53,402 nt of DNA from positions 1 through 53,402 of IMG/VR virus record IMGVR_UViG_3300029267_000987; one strand, 5' to 3'. Positions 35,102 to 45,007 of this stretch are shown here, piece by piece. This DNA comes from a virus. Taxonomy: Duplodnaviria; Caudoviricetes. The notes under the pieces were generated by a model, which made no database searches, was not told the origin of the DNA, and saw only the letters and a program-made list of their open reading frames with translations. Position 1 is the first letter of the stretch; each line of letters begins with the position of its first letter. A program made the translations under genes and the position numbers.

Positions 35102-35659
35102 CTAGAAGGAAAGACCGCCTTCAATTCCTTTCAACAGAGCAACGGCTCCGCTACCTGGAACGTGGTCATCTGAGAAATCCTCTTCATCCTCAGTCTCTTC
35201 CTCTTCAGGTGGGTCTTTCTTCGGAGGTTCAGACGACTTCGGATTAGGTTCGTCATCATCGTTATCTTCTGATAACTTGTTCTTCAGCTCTTCAAGTTCC
35301 TTCTGTTGAGCTTCGAACTTCTCGGTCATGGTCTGGAGGAGAGCGAAAGTCTCGTCATCCTTCTTCTTGTCCTTCTTGTTCTCTTCCATCCATTTCTTCA
35401 GACCATCGGGGATAGAACCTTTGTCATCTTTCTTCTTCTTATCATCATCTTCTTCAGGTTCATCCTCTTCAGGTTCGCCAGGAGAGGGATATTCATCTCC
35501 CTTCTTCTTAACGAACAACTGACCATCCTTTAACTCTAAGTGGAACTTATCTGTGGGAATTCCCACCCCATCCTTAGAGTCCGAATCAGTCTTAACTCCA
35601 AGCTCTTCTAATTGCTTCTTCAGAGCATCGAAGTCTGAGGGTTTGTCGGTATCTGACAT
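35102..35659 (-). CDS. capsid scaffolding protein
   Basis: Acidic, low-complexity, coiled-coil protein directly upstream of the MCP. Confidence 0.7.
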   Translation of the reverse strand: MSDTDKPSDFDALKKQLEELGVKTDSDSKDGVGIPTDKFHLELKDGQLFVKKKGDEYPSPGEPEEDEPEEDDDKKKKDDKGSIPDGLKKWMEENKKDKKKDDETFALLQTMTEKFEAQQKELEELKNKLSEDNDDDEPNPKSSEPPKKDPPEEEETEDEEDFSDDHVPGSGAVALLKGIEGGLSF

Positions 35660-35714
35660 TTTTAACCACCAGTGTATAAATTTTACACTTAGTTCATATT
35701 ATACATATATGCTA

Positions 35715-35722
35715 TATATAAA
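35715..35722 (-). promoter_or_regulatory. TATA box for the scaffold-MCP operon
   Basis: TTTATATA on the minus strand, about 55 nt upstream of the scaffold ATG in the intergenic gap. Confidence 0.55.
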
Positions 35723-35738
35723 GTTATGTATATAGTAT

Positions 35739-38700
35739 TTAGAGGGTCTTTGGTAGAATACCTTTGGGAAATGTCTTACACTTATCCCCCTGACAAGCAA
35801 CCTGTATTTGAGCATTGGAAACAGCTGGAGAGTGACAGATTGCAGCTCCACAGATAGCTAACCAATCAGGGTCACCATTCTCATCAGAGGAAAATGCAAC
35901 TTCTGCTGATATTTGATACGTTCCATTATTGATAGCAGTTATGGCATCCTTATCTGTTACTACTCCATCAAACATCAAGGCTCCTTTCTTCCATTCATTA
36001 TCTAGTTCACAATACCATTTCTCATTATCATCCCACCAGATATTAGTCATTATTCCACCTCTACTACTCTCTTCTCTGTTGTGGAAAAAATTGATATAGG
36101 CAAGATTAGTTCCTCTATGAATCGGTTCTAATACGGCATTCTGAACAACTTCCCGTCTGTAAGTCTTACCTTTATGTTCACCTTGTCGGAATAGAAATCC
36201 CTTCTCTATCCTAAGACTACCATCTTCACGCATACTAGATTTCTTGATAACAAAATCCATATGCTCAATAGAGAAATCATGTTCTTCATAGGAGTCCCTA
36301 GAGACAGTCCAAATCTGAGTTCCCTTCTCCTGCTTGAAGTTATAGATACCTTTAACAGATTTACCTTTCATTCTGATTTTCATGAAGTCAGGATGAAGAG
36401 AAAGAATCTCTCCCATGCCTTCATCTAGTAAGGAAATATGAGAGGGTGTGTCTTTAGTAGGATTCAAGGGATGACCAGGTTTAACATCTCCATCTATTCG
36501 AACATACTTCAGATTCCTATCCTCCATCACGGATGCAGTTTTAGTTTCAACTGGATTCCGTTCAGTAGCATATGAGAATACCTTACCACCCAGTAGTATG
36601 TTGAAGTAGAATATAGTTCGACTAGGCCCAGCTCTAACTATTTCAGTCCCCCTCCAGGTTTGCTTCTGTAATGTGAAGTAGGTATCTATCGGAGGGGTGA
36701 TGTTGGGTAGTTCAAGGTTCTCTATCTTACCTCTCATCTCTTTCCGCAATCTATTACGAATCTTCAATCTCTCAGATTCATCCTCATGTTTCCAGTAGCG
36801 GAATCCTTCTGGAACTTTCTTTTCTACGGATTTAGGTAAGGCAGATATGTTATAAGGAGGAACCCAACCAACCTTCTCGGCTCTGGCTGTCAGAACATAT
36901 GGTGGATTATTTGTCGGGAAGAAGAACCAGACCATCTTACTCTTACCTGTCTTGTCACTCCAAACATTCTTCAAGAGTCTATCTACATACTTACCTTTCA
37001 GAATACGACCATGATAGACATATTCATGGAAGTGAGGTTTCAGGGTAAGGGACTCTACTTCACCTTTATCCAGATTGATTAGATATCCAGGATTATGCTT
37101 AGTGGCTCCTGGTTCCTCTACTGGGATATAACCTTCCTTATCCCACCATTCTAGAGGGACAAGAGCTTTCTTCTGAGACAAGAACTTCTTTCGTGGGTCA
37201 GTCAGGCTCTTCTTCAACTCTGGCCATATCTCCTTATAGAATAGATTCTTAGCATCAGTGAAGTTCTTAGGTTCACGACTTAACTGGAAATTCTCGTGTT
37301 CTGTATCAGAGAACTTAGTGAATCCAATATCATGAGTCATTCCAACACCCCATGATTTAGTTACTTGTCGTCTATCATCTAAATGGATAGACCGACCACG
37401 AATATGAGCTTGTAGAACAAACTGGGGTTTTTCTACTTCAGGATAGGTTAAGTATGGGTCTGTAAAGTCCTCCATATCAAATTCAAAGTCTGAAACAGCT
37501 TCACGATATTCTTGGGGCATCTTCTTCTCTGTGTCTTCAGATTTAGTTTCTTTATTCAATCTATCAGCTAACTTAACAGTATTAGGCACATCCAGGTCAT
37601 CACGCCATTCTAGGAAGCGAGGGTTAAACCAGTTGAACCAAATGTCATCTGTATCAGGGTCAAGGTATTTATTCAGATTCACAAACTCAACTCTGATAAT
37701 ATCTCCCTTACGGAGAACTCTTGGGGGGCTGATAGCCTTTGAGATAGTTACGTTATATGTCCAACCGACGGGAATTATCTTATCACCAGAATCTGAGGAG
37801 ACACCACACAGATAGTTAAATGTCCCTTTCGTCTCAGTCTCTTTCACTTTGATAATCTGACAATCCAGGAAAGCAGTATTCTTAAACTTAACCCATTTAC
37901 GGGTCAGACCGGATAGGGGATAGGTGGAGGATAGGACTTTGATAACAGCTCCTTCAGAACCCTTAACCTTCCTCTGTGTATTAATAGCTTTCCGCAACTC
38001 ACCAGAATTCTTAGCTATCATAATTGGGATGACGTTCAGAAATTCAAACTTACCTTTCTTAGCAAAGTCTTGCATATTGTCAGGTCTAAATCGTAGTGGA
38101 TGCTCTTTCATCTCAATCTTCTTAGATTGCTTAGATTTATCAATAACCTTCTGGATACCAGAGTCATCTACGTCACCCTCATCTACTGTGAACCCTTCAA
38201 TATCTTCATAGTAAGGACTGAATCCCCTCTCTAGAAATGTGCGTCTAGATGATAAATCCTTAGTGTGAATATCCTTATCAGACCAATAGACCGTATCATA
38301 TATATTCATCTTAAAGGGTGAATCATCTGGGTCACCTTTAGAATGAGCATATCCTGACACAAACTGTCTACCCATATGCTTACCTTTATCTGTCGTTCCT
38401 GTAATCTCACCAATTACTACAAAATCTTCAGGAATACGGAGAGCTTCTTCAACAGCTGTTGGGAAGCGATGAGTCAGGTCCCCACCGTCATCAGAATAAA
38501 GACGAACCTTACTACCAACCTTATGAAGCTGAGCTGATAGACCATCATACTTCTGGTCTACTTCAACCGGATATTCACTTCCAATCGTTTCGACAACTGA
38601 ATCTATATCATAAGCTTCCAGACGCTTATAGCCTTTGATACCCTTAGCCTGCCAGAAGAATCTACCTGGTTCTATCTTATCTTCTGATTTAGATTTAGCT

Positions 38701-41141
38701 GCTTCAGATTGTCTAGTGGGTGTGAGGAAATGAGCCTCAGATATTTCATCTCGACAGAAGTTGTCAAACCCTTCAGCAGTTCTAAACTTTAGATTACTAA
38801 GCGACTGATTAGACATGAGGAACAGGAGTTCTTCTTCACCAGAATGCATCTTTGGTTTAGGGAAGATATATTTGTAGGGTATCTTCTTAATCTTGATATT
38901 ACTAAAGAATTTCTTCAAGAATCTGGTAAGCTTACCCCTGGGAACAGTCTTAGATGTTTTGTAAGATAGCAGGACATAGTTGAACTTAGATTTGGCAGGT
39001 TCAAGGACTTTGCCCAATCTATCGTAGAAATTATCAGGAGTCCAGTTTCCTGACAGTTTCAAATTCTCAGCGTTTCCAAATACTACATGCTCCCAGTAAT
39101 CATATCTCTTATAGTAGTCTTTAGTGTTACCAGTCTCAGATACGTAAGGGGGGTCTAGGTAAAGGATAGATTGACCATCAGGTAATTCAGATATAGATTT
39201 AAGGAAGTTCGATATATCAGAACGGACAAAGCGAGACTTACCACCTTTATCTGTTATGAACTTATTATACATGGCAGTCCATTTCCTTATACCAGATTTC
39301 ATTATGTTTAGCATAGAGGTATTTTCTTTCTTCATTCTAGCATAAACTCTCTGATGAATACCGTCACGTAGGCCACCACCAAAACACATACTACCAGCAA
39401 CAGAGAGCATAACAGCCTTAGCTATCTCCCTTTTAGGTGAAGGCATCGAATCTGCTACCTTACGATAGCCATCCATATATTTCTTACAGGATGGGGTGAA
39501 GTTTATATTCGACAGTGACAGATTTGTCATATGACCATTCTCAGGTTTAGCAGAAAGTAATACATTCAGGTCATTATCGGATAAGGTAGTAGTGTTGTTA
39601 GATACAACAGCACTATGAATCACTTGACCAATCTTAGATACATCTACTCCAACAACATCTAAGCCAATCTTCTTAGAGAAATAAGAGACAACACCAGAGC
39701 CAGAAAAGCCATCCACCATAAATCTAACATCTGATGGAATAGTCTCTAGTATAGTTTTAATGATTTTACGCTTAGAACCTAGATAAGCAAAGGGATAGGA
39801 GACAAAATCATCTGTCTCGAATGTGAAATCAGCCTCCATATGTTCTACTTTCATAGTAGATAGAGAGGTTTGTAGGTCATATACAGGAACATAATCTGTA
39901 AATGGGCCAAAATAGTCTTGTTTATTATTGTAGTGGAAGTGGAATCTAGGCCACCATTCTTTAGGAAATTGGCGATAAATGCGGAATTCAAGGGGCAGAT
40001 TAGGCTTACGCTGGTTGATTAATACATCTATATCACCCTCAGTAAACCCATGTGTAACTATTCCACCTACTAAGTAGGCTAAGGGTTTAGTTATTTTAAA
40101 GGGTTTTAGAGTAGAAAGAACCTCTTCCAATTGGATATGATTAAGCCCTTTAGATAGACCACCTCTATTAACATGAGCATACTGACCGATACCAGGTCTA
40201 TCATCTCTCCTCATCTTCCCCCCACATTCTGGACATTTTATATCTTCACAATGTTTATCTGTTTTGATAATATGTCCACACTCAAGACATTCACACTCCC
40301 AATCAGACTCAGAATTGAGAGACTTAGATATATTTATAGCACGAAGCATCTTCTCTGTCTCGGATTTATCAGTATGACAGCTACCAGGTAAGATACTATC
40401 TGACCCTTCTTTCCTGATACACCACTTACTACCCCTTCGGACTATCACATTATCTTCAGTTTCAATGAAGTCTACATCATAGTATTCAGAGAATATATCT
40501 TTATTCTTAATACGGCTAACAGCTCTATCAAGTAATTCTGCTTCCGGTGTCCCTTCTTCAGGCAACTTGAATCTCATACCTCTTTTCAGAATCTCCCTCA
40601 GTATGATTTGAGCCGTATTCTCTATGTCCTCTCTAGAATACTTAGGGTGCTTACCTGTTTTCTTCCAGACCTTATACCATGATTCTAGAATACGCCAATC
40701 ATCTAGTAATTGAATATCATCTATCTTACGTGGGTCATAGTTATAAGGGTCAATCAGTTGGACAGAGTGATGCGGGTCAGTTTTTATTTCTAGATTGAAT
40801 ATAAAATCTTTCCCATCTTGTGGTTCTATTACAACTGGTTCATTGAAAGGTCGGAATCTGAAAACGTATCCATATGCTGGATATTTGAAATGATTATTAA
40901 AGTTATCAGAATTGTAACCATGCAGAGGTCCCAACTCCTCTAACATACCTTCACCAGCAATATCAAGAATCTTGTAGATATAAATAGAACCAGGAGAGAA
41001 TATCTGGGAATTATCAGAATCTGGATAGAGGATATAATCTTGTCCAAACGTTTCATCGAACTTATCTTGTCTGATGAATATCTTAATAGAGTTCGTGGTA
41101 ATCAGGTCTACTTCATTCTGTGTCAGACGTATCGCTTTCAT
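35739..41141 (-). CDS. polyprotein: ASCH-like / Zn ribbon / nucleotidyltransferase / N6-adenine DNA methyltransferase / ATP-dependent DNA ligase / 2x LigD-type phosphoesterase / prohead protease
   Basis: YLVGG...GDIDVLI; YLGSK, DGFSGSG, YLDPPY; QKYDG, GEI, IYD, EGAVIK, WVKFK, NPRF; FVLQAH...IHLDDR; C-terminal INFFH...QISAE...GAAICHSPAV; located between portal and scaffold. Confidence 0.85.
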   Translation of the reverse strand: MKAIRLTQNEVDLITTNSIKIFIRQDKFDETFGQDYILYPDSDNSQIFSPGSIYIYKILDIAGEGMLEELGPLHGYNSDNFNNHFKYPAYGYVFRFRPFNEPVVIEPQDGKDFIFNLEIKTDPHHSVQLIDPYNYDPRKIDDIQLLDDWRILESWYKVWKKTGKHPKYSREDIENTAQIILREILKRGMRFKLPEEGTPEAELLDRAVSRIKNKDIFSEYYDVDFIETEDNVIVRRGSKWCIRKEGSDSILPGSCHTDKSETEKMLRAINISKSLNSESDWECECLECGHIIKTDKHCEDIKCPECGGKMRRDDRPGIGQYAHVNRGGLSKGLNHIQLEEVLSTLKPFKITKPLAYLVGGIVTHGFTEGDIDVLINQRKPNLPLEFRIYRQFPKEWWPRFHFHYNNKQDYFGPFTDYVPVYDLQTSLSTMKVEHMEADFTFETDDFVSYPFAYLGSKRKIIKTILETIPSDVRFMVDGFSGSGVVSYFSKKIGLDVVGVDVSKIGQVIHSAVVSNNTTTLSDNDLNVLLSAKPENGHMTNLSLSNINFTPSCKKYMDGYRKVADSMPSPKREIAKAVMLSVAGSMCFGGGLRDGIHQRVYARMKKENTSMLNIMKSGIRKWTAMYNKFITDKGGKSRFVRSDISNFLKSISELPDGQSILYLDPPYVSETGNTKDYYKRYDYWEHVVFGNAENLKLSGNWTPDNFYDRLGKVLEPAKSKFNYVLLSYKTSKTVPRGKLTRFLKKFFSNIKIKKIPYKYIFPKPKMHSGEEELLFLMSNQSLSNLKFRTAEGFDNFCRDEISEAHFLTPTRQSEAAKSKSEDKIEPGRFFWQAKGIKGYKRLEAYDIDSVVETIGSEYPVEVDQKYDGLSAQLHKVGSKVRLYSDDGGDLTHRFPTAVEEALRIPEDFVVIGEITGTTDKGKHMGRQFVSGYAHSKGDPDDSPFKMNIYDTVYWSDKDIHTKDLSSRRTFLERGFSPYYEDIEGFTVDEGDVDDSGIQKVIDKSKQSKKIEMKEHPLRFRPDNMQDFAKKGKFEFLNVIPIMIAKNSGELRKAINTQRKVKGSEGAVIKVLSSTYPLSGLTRKWVKFKNTAFLDCQIIKVKETETKGTFNYLCGVSSDSGDKIIPVGWTYNVTISKAISPPRVLRKGDIIRVEFVNLNKYLDPDTDDIWFNWFNPRFLEWRDDLDVPNTVKLADRLNKETKSEDTEKKMPQEYREAVSDFEFDMEDFTDPYLTYPEVEKPQFVLQAHIRGRSIHLDDRRQVTKSWGVGMTHDIGFTKFSDTEHENFQLSREPKNFTDAKNLFYKEIWPELKKSLTDPRKKFLSQKKALVPLEWWDKEGYIPVEEPGATKHNPGYLINLDKGEVESLTLKPHFHEYVYHGRILKGKYVDRLLKNVWSDKTGKSKMVWFFFPTNNPPYVLTARAEKVGWVPPYNISALPKSVEKKVPEGFRYWKHEDESERLKIRNRLRKEMRGKIENLELPNITPPIDTYFTLQKQTWRGTEIVRAGPSRTIFYFNILLGGKVFSYATERNPVETKTASVMEDRNLKYVRIDGDVKPGHPLNPTKDTPSHISLLDEGMGEILSLHPDFMKIRMKGKSVKGIYNFKQEKGTQIWTVSRDSYEEHDFSIEHMDFVIKKSSMREDGSLRIEKGFLFRQGEHKGKTYRREVVQNAVLEPIHRGTNLAYINFFHNREESSRGGIMTNIWWDDNEKWYCELDNEWKKGALMFDGVVTDKDAITAINNGTYQISAEVAFSSDENGDPDWLAICGAAICHSPAVSNAQIQVACQGDKCKTFPKGILPKTL

Positions 41142-42496
41142 CAGTTCACCTCCATCAGTTTCTCAGCCTTATCAACTAATTCGTCATGAGTCTCAAGACC
41201 AATCATTTCTAACAGCTTACGTCTAATCTTCTCATTCTCTTCTTCATCTTTCCCATAGAGGACTTCTGCTTTAGCCATACGGAAAATTTGCATAATCTTC
41301 TCTTTTGCAGAGGCCGTCAGAATCTCATCGTAATTTATCCAGACCTCAACTTCTGGTCTACCAGTCCACGCAGATATGGCAGCTTCCATCCCTAAGCTAC
41401 GAACAAATGATTTCAGACGAATCTCATAAAATTCAGACAGGACATCTAATCCACGTGAAGGCTGATCTTCCATTGTCATCAGGTAGATAGGAAGAGGTAG
41501 ACCAATCATAGCAGCTTCAATACGTCTACCAGCCATCTCATCTTCATAGATTGACTTACCTGTATTAGTAGGTAACATATTATCCATGAACTCTATCTTC
41601 ATATATTCAGGATAAACTGCTGCAACACTGTTTGGATTTACTATCTGTTCCGCTACCTTCTTAGCTTCACCTTTCCTCTTATTAGTTGAAGGTATACGTT
41701 CATTACCATATTGGACAATAGGAACAGGATATCCCTGACGGAAAGCTCTCTGAGTCCTAGCATCTTGGATAGCAAGAATCTGTTTTGTATTGTTATAGAG
41801 TAATTCTCCCCAGCCCCAAGCCCACTCAGTGTTATGGATTTGGATAAATGGTGACCAGAGACAATCCTTTCCAAATAGATACTTCTCTTCTCTAGTTTTC
41901 TCATCTGTTATACCAACAGGTCTACCGTTCTTAGTCATAACATCTCTATATCCTCTCTGACTATTAGGGTCTCTAATAAGTTCATATTGTCTAATATCCA
42001 TCACTAAAAAGTCTTTAATGTTCTTAGACTTACCTCCCTTAACTAATTCAATGAGAGTATTTCCAAAGATTCCCTGGTGGAAGGGAGCCATACGGAGAAA
42101 AACCTGCTGGAAGTGTGACCTGTTTTCAGGATAAATCTCTTTGAAGAATTGTTCTGATAACTTCTTATCATCTATATGTATTTTAGTAGGGTCTATTAGT
42201 TCTTGGCAGGCAGTCTGATACATGTGGATACCAGAGAGGAGTAATGGGTTAGAGAACACTTGAGACTCAAGTTCATAGAAGCTCTTACGGGGAAGTGCAT
42301 TATCTTTACTCTCCCAAGACTTAACCCGTAACCGTTCCTTTATGTAATCTAGAAAGGTAATGCTCTTAGATGTAATTCCAAATCCTTTCCCATCATCTCT
42401 GTGATGTTTATAGTCAGATTCGCTCACCCTCTTATACCTGTGTTTAGGCCTCTTAGCCTTCTTTCTATTATCTCTGAACGGCCACATGTCTACCAC
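41141..42496 (-). CDS. portal protein
   Basis: 451 aa directly after TerL; IFGNTLIEL, WGWGEL and GYPVPIVQYG segments are portal-like. Confidence 0.8.
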   Translation of the reverse strand: MVDMWPFRDNRKKAKRPKHRYKRVSESDYKHHRDDGKGFGITSKSITFLDYIKERLRVKSWESKDNALPRKSFYELESQVFSNPLLLSGIHMYQTACQELIDPTKIHIDDKKLSEQFFKEIYPENRSHFQQVFLRMAPFHQGIFGNTLIELVKGGKSKNIKDFLVMDIRQYELIRDPNSQRGYRDVMTKNGRPVGITDEKTREEKYLFGKDCLWSPFIQIHNTEWAWGWGELLYNNTKQILAIQDARTQRAFRQGYPVPIVQYGNERIPSTNKRKGEAKKVAEQIVNPNSVAAVYPEYMKIEFMDNMLPTNTGKSIYEDEMAGRRIEAAMIGLPLPIYLMTMEDQPSRGLDVLSEFYEIRLKSFVRSLGMEAAISAWTGRPEVEVWINYDEILTASAKEKIMQIFRMAKAEVLYGKDEEENEKIRRKLLEMIGLETHDELVDKAEKLMEVN

Positions 42497-44079
42497 CTTT
42501 TCTTCTGAATTAATCCATATTCTTCACTATCGTCTATTTCCCGCATATCTTCCCTGGTGAGACCAGATGATTCTTTCCTCTTATTATCACTGTCCTCTAA
42601 ATAATCGTCAGCATATTGTCCTGCTGCGTCTAGTGTCAAGCGATGAGCATCAGGGAAATCAGACTTATACTGTTCCCCTTTCTTATTCCTATGATCTATC
42701 CTAACCTTCTGACCCACCTTCTTCGAGACTAATGCACACATCTGTTTCTCAAACAAATCTACTTCCCTTCTCTTAACATCAGGATAGGAGTAGTAGCGAG
42801 TCTGAGTTTTCAGTTTCATCTGTGTAAAAGATTCATCTCGGGCATCTGTTGTAGTATTGACCCTAACTAAGTTCTGAATCTGTGGGATTATTCGCCCATC
42901 TTTCAACTCCGTATCTCGTTCTAAGAAATCATTTAACACGTGGCCAGGCCCCGTATTCTCTGCTTGAAATTCAATCAAGTTGAATCTCGAAGCAGCTACC
43001 CTGAGTTTGACGGACTGAGCCGGATAATCATCACCTTTCAGTTGCAACCAGAATATGACTTGTCTGTCACGCAGACGCATTATCTCCATAACAGTATCGT
43101 CATTAGATTTAGCAATATCTAGACCACCGACACATTTCTCACGACACTCCTCTAACCATTCTCCTTTCTTACACTTACGAAGCGTCTTAGTATCCATGTA
43201 GTCATCGCCCTCTTCTGGGTCCCATTCACAGAAATATTGGGAACGGATAGCGGGATGTTCTATTCCATGCTCTCTAATTTTCTTCAAGACGTGTCTACGG
43301 TATTGAGCAGTTCCAGCAGTTCTGAATACTTCTTCAATAGGGATGATGATGAAATCTGGGTTAGGAGGTAATCCTTTAGCTCTCCTCTCTAACTCCTCTA
43401 GTATTCTGTAATAAACTTTACCATGTTCCTTATCCTCATGAGATGGGGAAAAGATGTGAACTAGAGTCCCACTCCTAGCAGCTAACATCGGTTCTATCGA
43501 CTTAATAATCTTGGTAGTATCTACTGCTTGAGCCTCTTCTATTATTCCCAAATCTAAATCCGGCCCCTCCATGAACTTAGCGTTAGGGGAGGCAGTATGA
43601 GTCAGGATATGGGAACGAGTAGAGAGCCTGATATGCTTTGAGTTATTAGTATCTGCATGAACACCTAGGAAGTCTGTGTAGTAAGCAGATTCAACCCTAT
43701 CCTTAATCTTATCGGTAAGCATTTTAGAAGTCTCGTCTGATGGACCATATATACCAGAGTTAAGGCCATTAGCGAATTGAGGGTAAGCTTGATGGAAGAA
43801 GAGAGGGATGAATGTAGATAATTGGGTAACAGCTTCTGAGATACCCTGAGATTTACCAGTCTGTCTAGGCAACTGGACATAGAATACTCGACCCTCTTGG
43901 TTTAGAACAGATTGGATAATGGGCCAGAGGAATTTCATTTGGTAGGGTCGGGGAATCATCCCAGTGACCGCTAGAGAGATTCGTTTAAAAAGAGTTGGCG
44001 TATATTCTTGCAAGTCATAATATCTAGCAACTTCATTCTGAAGTCTTAGGTCTAGACGAGTCTTTACCATCTTCATCAC
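42490..44079 (-). CDS. terL: terminase large subunit
   Basis: PRPYQ, Walker A PRQTGKS, Walker B IIEEAQ, RNase H-like GGLDIAKSNDDT and DFPDA. Confidence 0.92.
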   Translation of the reverse strand: MMKMVKTRLDLRLQNEVARYYDLQEYTPTLFKRISLAVTGMIPRPYQMKFLWPIIQSVLNQEGRVFYVQLPRQTGKSQGISEAVTQLSTFIPLFFHQAYPQFANGLNSGIYGPSDETSKMLTDKIKDRVESAYYTDFLGVHADTNNSKHIRLSTRSHILTHTASPNAKFMEGPDLDLGIIEEAQAVDTTKIIKSIEPMLAARSGTLVHIFSPSHEDKEHGKVYYRILEELERRAKGLPPNPDFIIIPIEEVFRTAGTAQYRRHVLKKIREHGIEHPAIRSQYFCEWDPEEGDDYMDTKTLRKCKKGEWLEECREKCVGGLDIAKSNDDTVMEIMRLRDRQVIFWLQLKGDDYPAQSVKLRVAASRFNLIEFQAENTGPGHVLNDFLERDTELKDGRIIPQIQNLVRVNTTTDARDESFTQMKLKTQTRYYSYPDVKRREVDLFEKQMCALVSKKVGQKVRIDHRNKKGEQYKSDFPDAHRLTLDAAGQYADDYLEDSDNKRKESSGLTREDMREIDDSEEYGLIQKKRW

Positions 44080-45007
44080 TACCTTTACCCGAACTCCACT
44101 CTATCTGCATCCCTTCCTCTTGAACACGAGACTGCTCATAAGCATCCTGCATCCGTTCTAGGATTAGATTATCATCCTCAAGAGATAGGTCATCTCTGAC
44201 CATCATCTCCTCCTGTCGGGTAACTTCATCATCATCCTCAAAGTCGTCTGGTATAGCCTTCGACTGACCCTGTGGAACCTTAACTACGTGAACAGGTCTT
44301 TCATCTTCACTGATTGGAGGGGGAACAGGACTTGTCATATTCTTCCTACGCATCCCCTTACCGAAGGTCTTATCTAACGCCTTCAATCTCAGTTTCAGAA
44401 TCTCAACATCTCCACGCTCTGCCTGAGTCCAACCCTGGAAGGTTGAGAAAGATTTCAGGTCTTTCATGAACTCAGTTTGCCATTGTTTCATCTCTTTCTG
44501 AATCTTTAGAAACATCTCCCTATCATCTTTAATTGCTAAGTCTAGTGACGTGAGGAATCTATCAAACCTCTCAATCATCTTCTTATCTCTCTTCAGAATA
44601 GTCCTCATCTCTTCAGTAGCATCTTCTCTTTCCTTCATCTTAGATTTGTCAAGGTCTAGTTCATAAACACAGACCCCGTTCTTATTCTTACTATATTTAC
44701 AGGTTGCGGCTACCATACAGTTCTTGCATCTAAGTATCTCGGTGTTTAAGAAATCTCCCAACTTATCTTCACATTCCTTACAGAAGCCAGAGGGTCTGTT
44801 CGTGACATTATCGCAGTCCTTATTCTCACAGGCTACCATTTCTTTTCGTATATCTAAAATAGAAGGGTCTGATTTATTAGCCGCAGACCGACCAATCCGT
44901 ATTTTACGTAGCGATTCTACTCTCTCCCTCAGCCTATCCCTATCAGAACTAGAACGGGGATTCTCAGGCATATCTTCATTAGTTTGAAATACGGGTTCAT
45001 CAGGCAT
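44033..45007 (-). CDS. putative terminase small subunit with Cys-rich zinc-binding region
   Basis: First gene of the virion block, overlapping TerL; eight Cys in two clusters, then helices and an acidic tail. Confidence 0.5.
   Translation of the reverse strand: MPDEPVFQTNEDMPENPRSSSDRDRLRERVESLRKIRIGRSAANKSDPSILDIRKEMVACENKDCDNVTNRPSGFCKECEDKLGDFLNTEILRCKNCMVAATCKYSKNKNGVCVYELDLDKSKMKEREDATEEMRTILKRDKKMIERFDRFLTSLDLAIKDDREMFLKIQKEMKQWQTEFMKDLKSFSTFQGWTQAERGDVEILKLRLKALDKTFGKGMRRKNMTSPVPPPISEDERPVHVVKVPQGQSKAIPDDFEDDDEVTRQEEMMVRDDLSLEDDNLILERMQDAYEQSRVQEEGMQIEWSSGKGSDEDGKDSSRPKTSE

Noticed and set aside
35739-41141. Inteins explaining the length of the 1800-aa ORF
   Set aside because: I found no convincing intein N-terminal block paired with a His-Asn/Cys-Ser-Thr junction and no LAGLIDADG motifs; the length is accounted for by enzyme domains.
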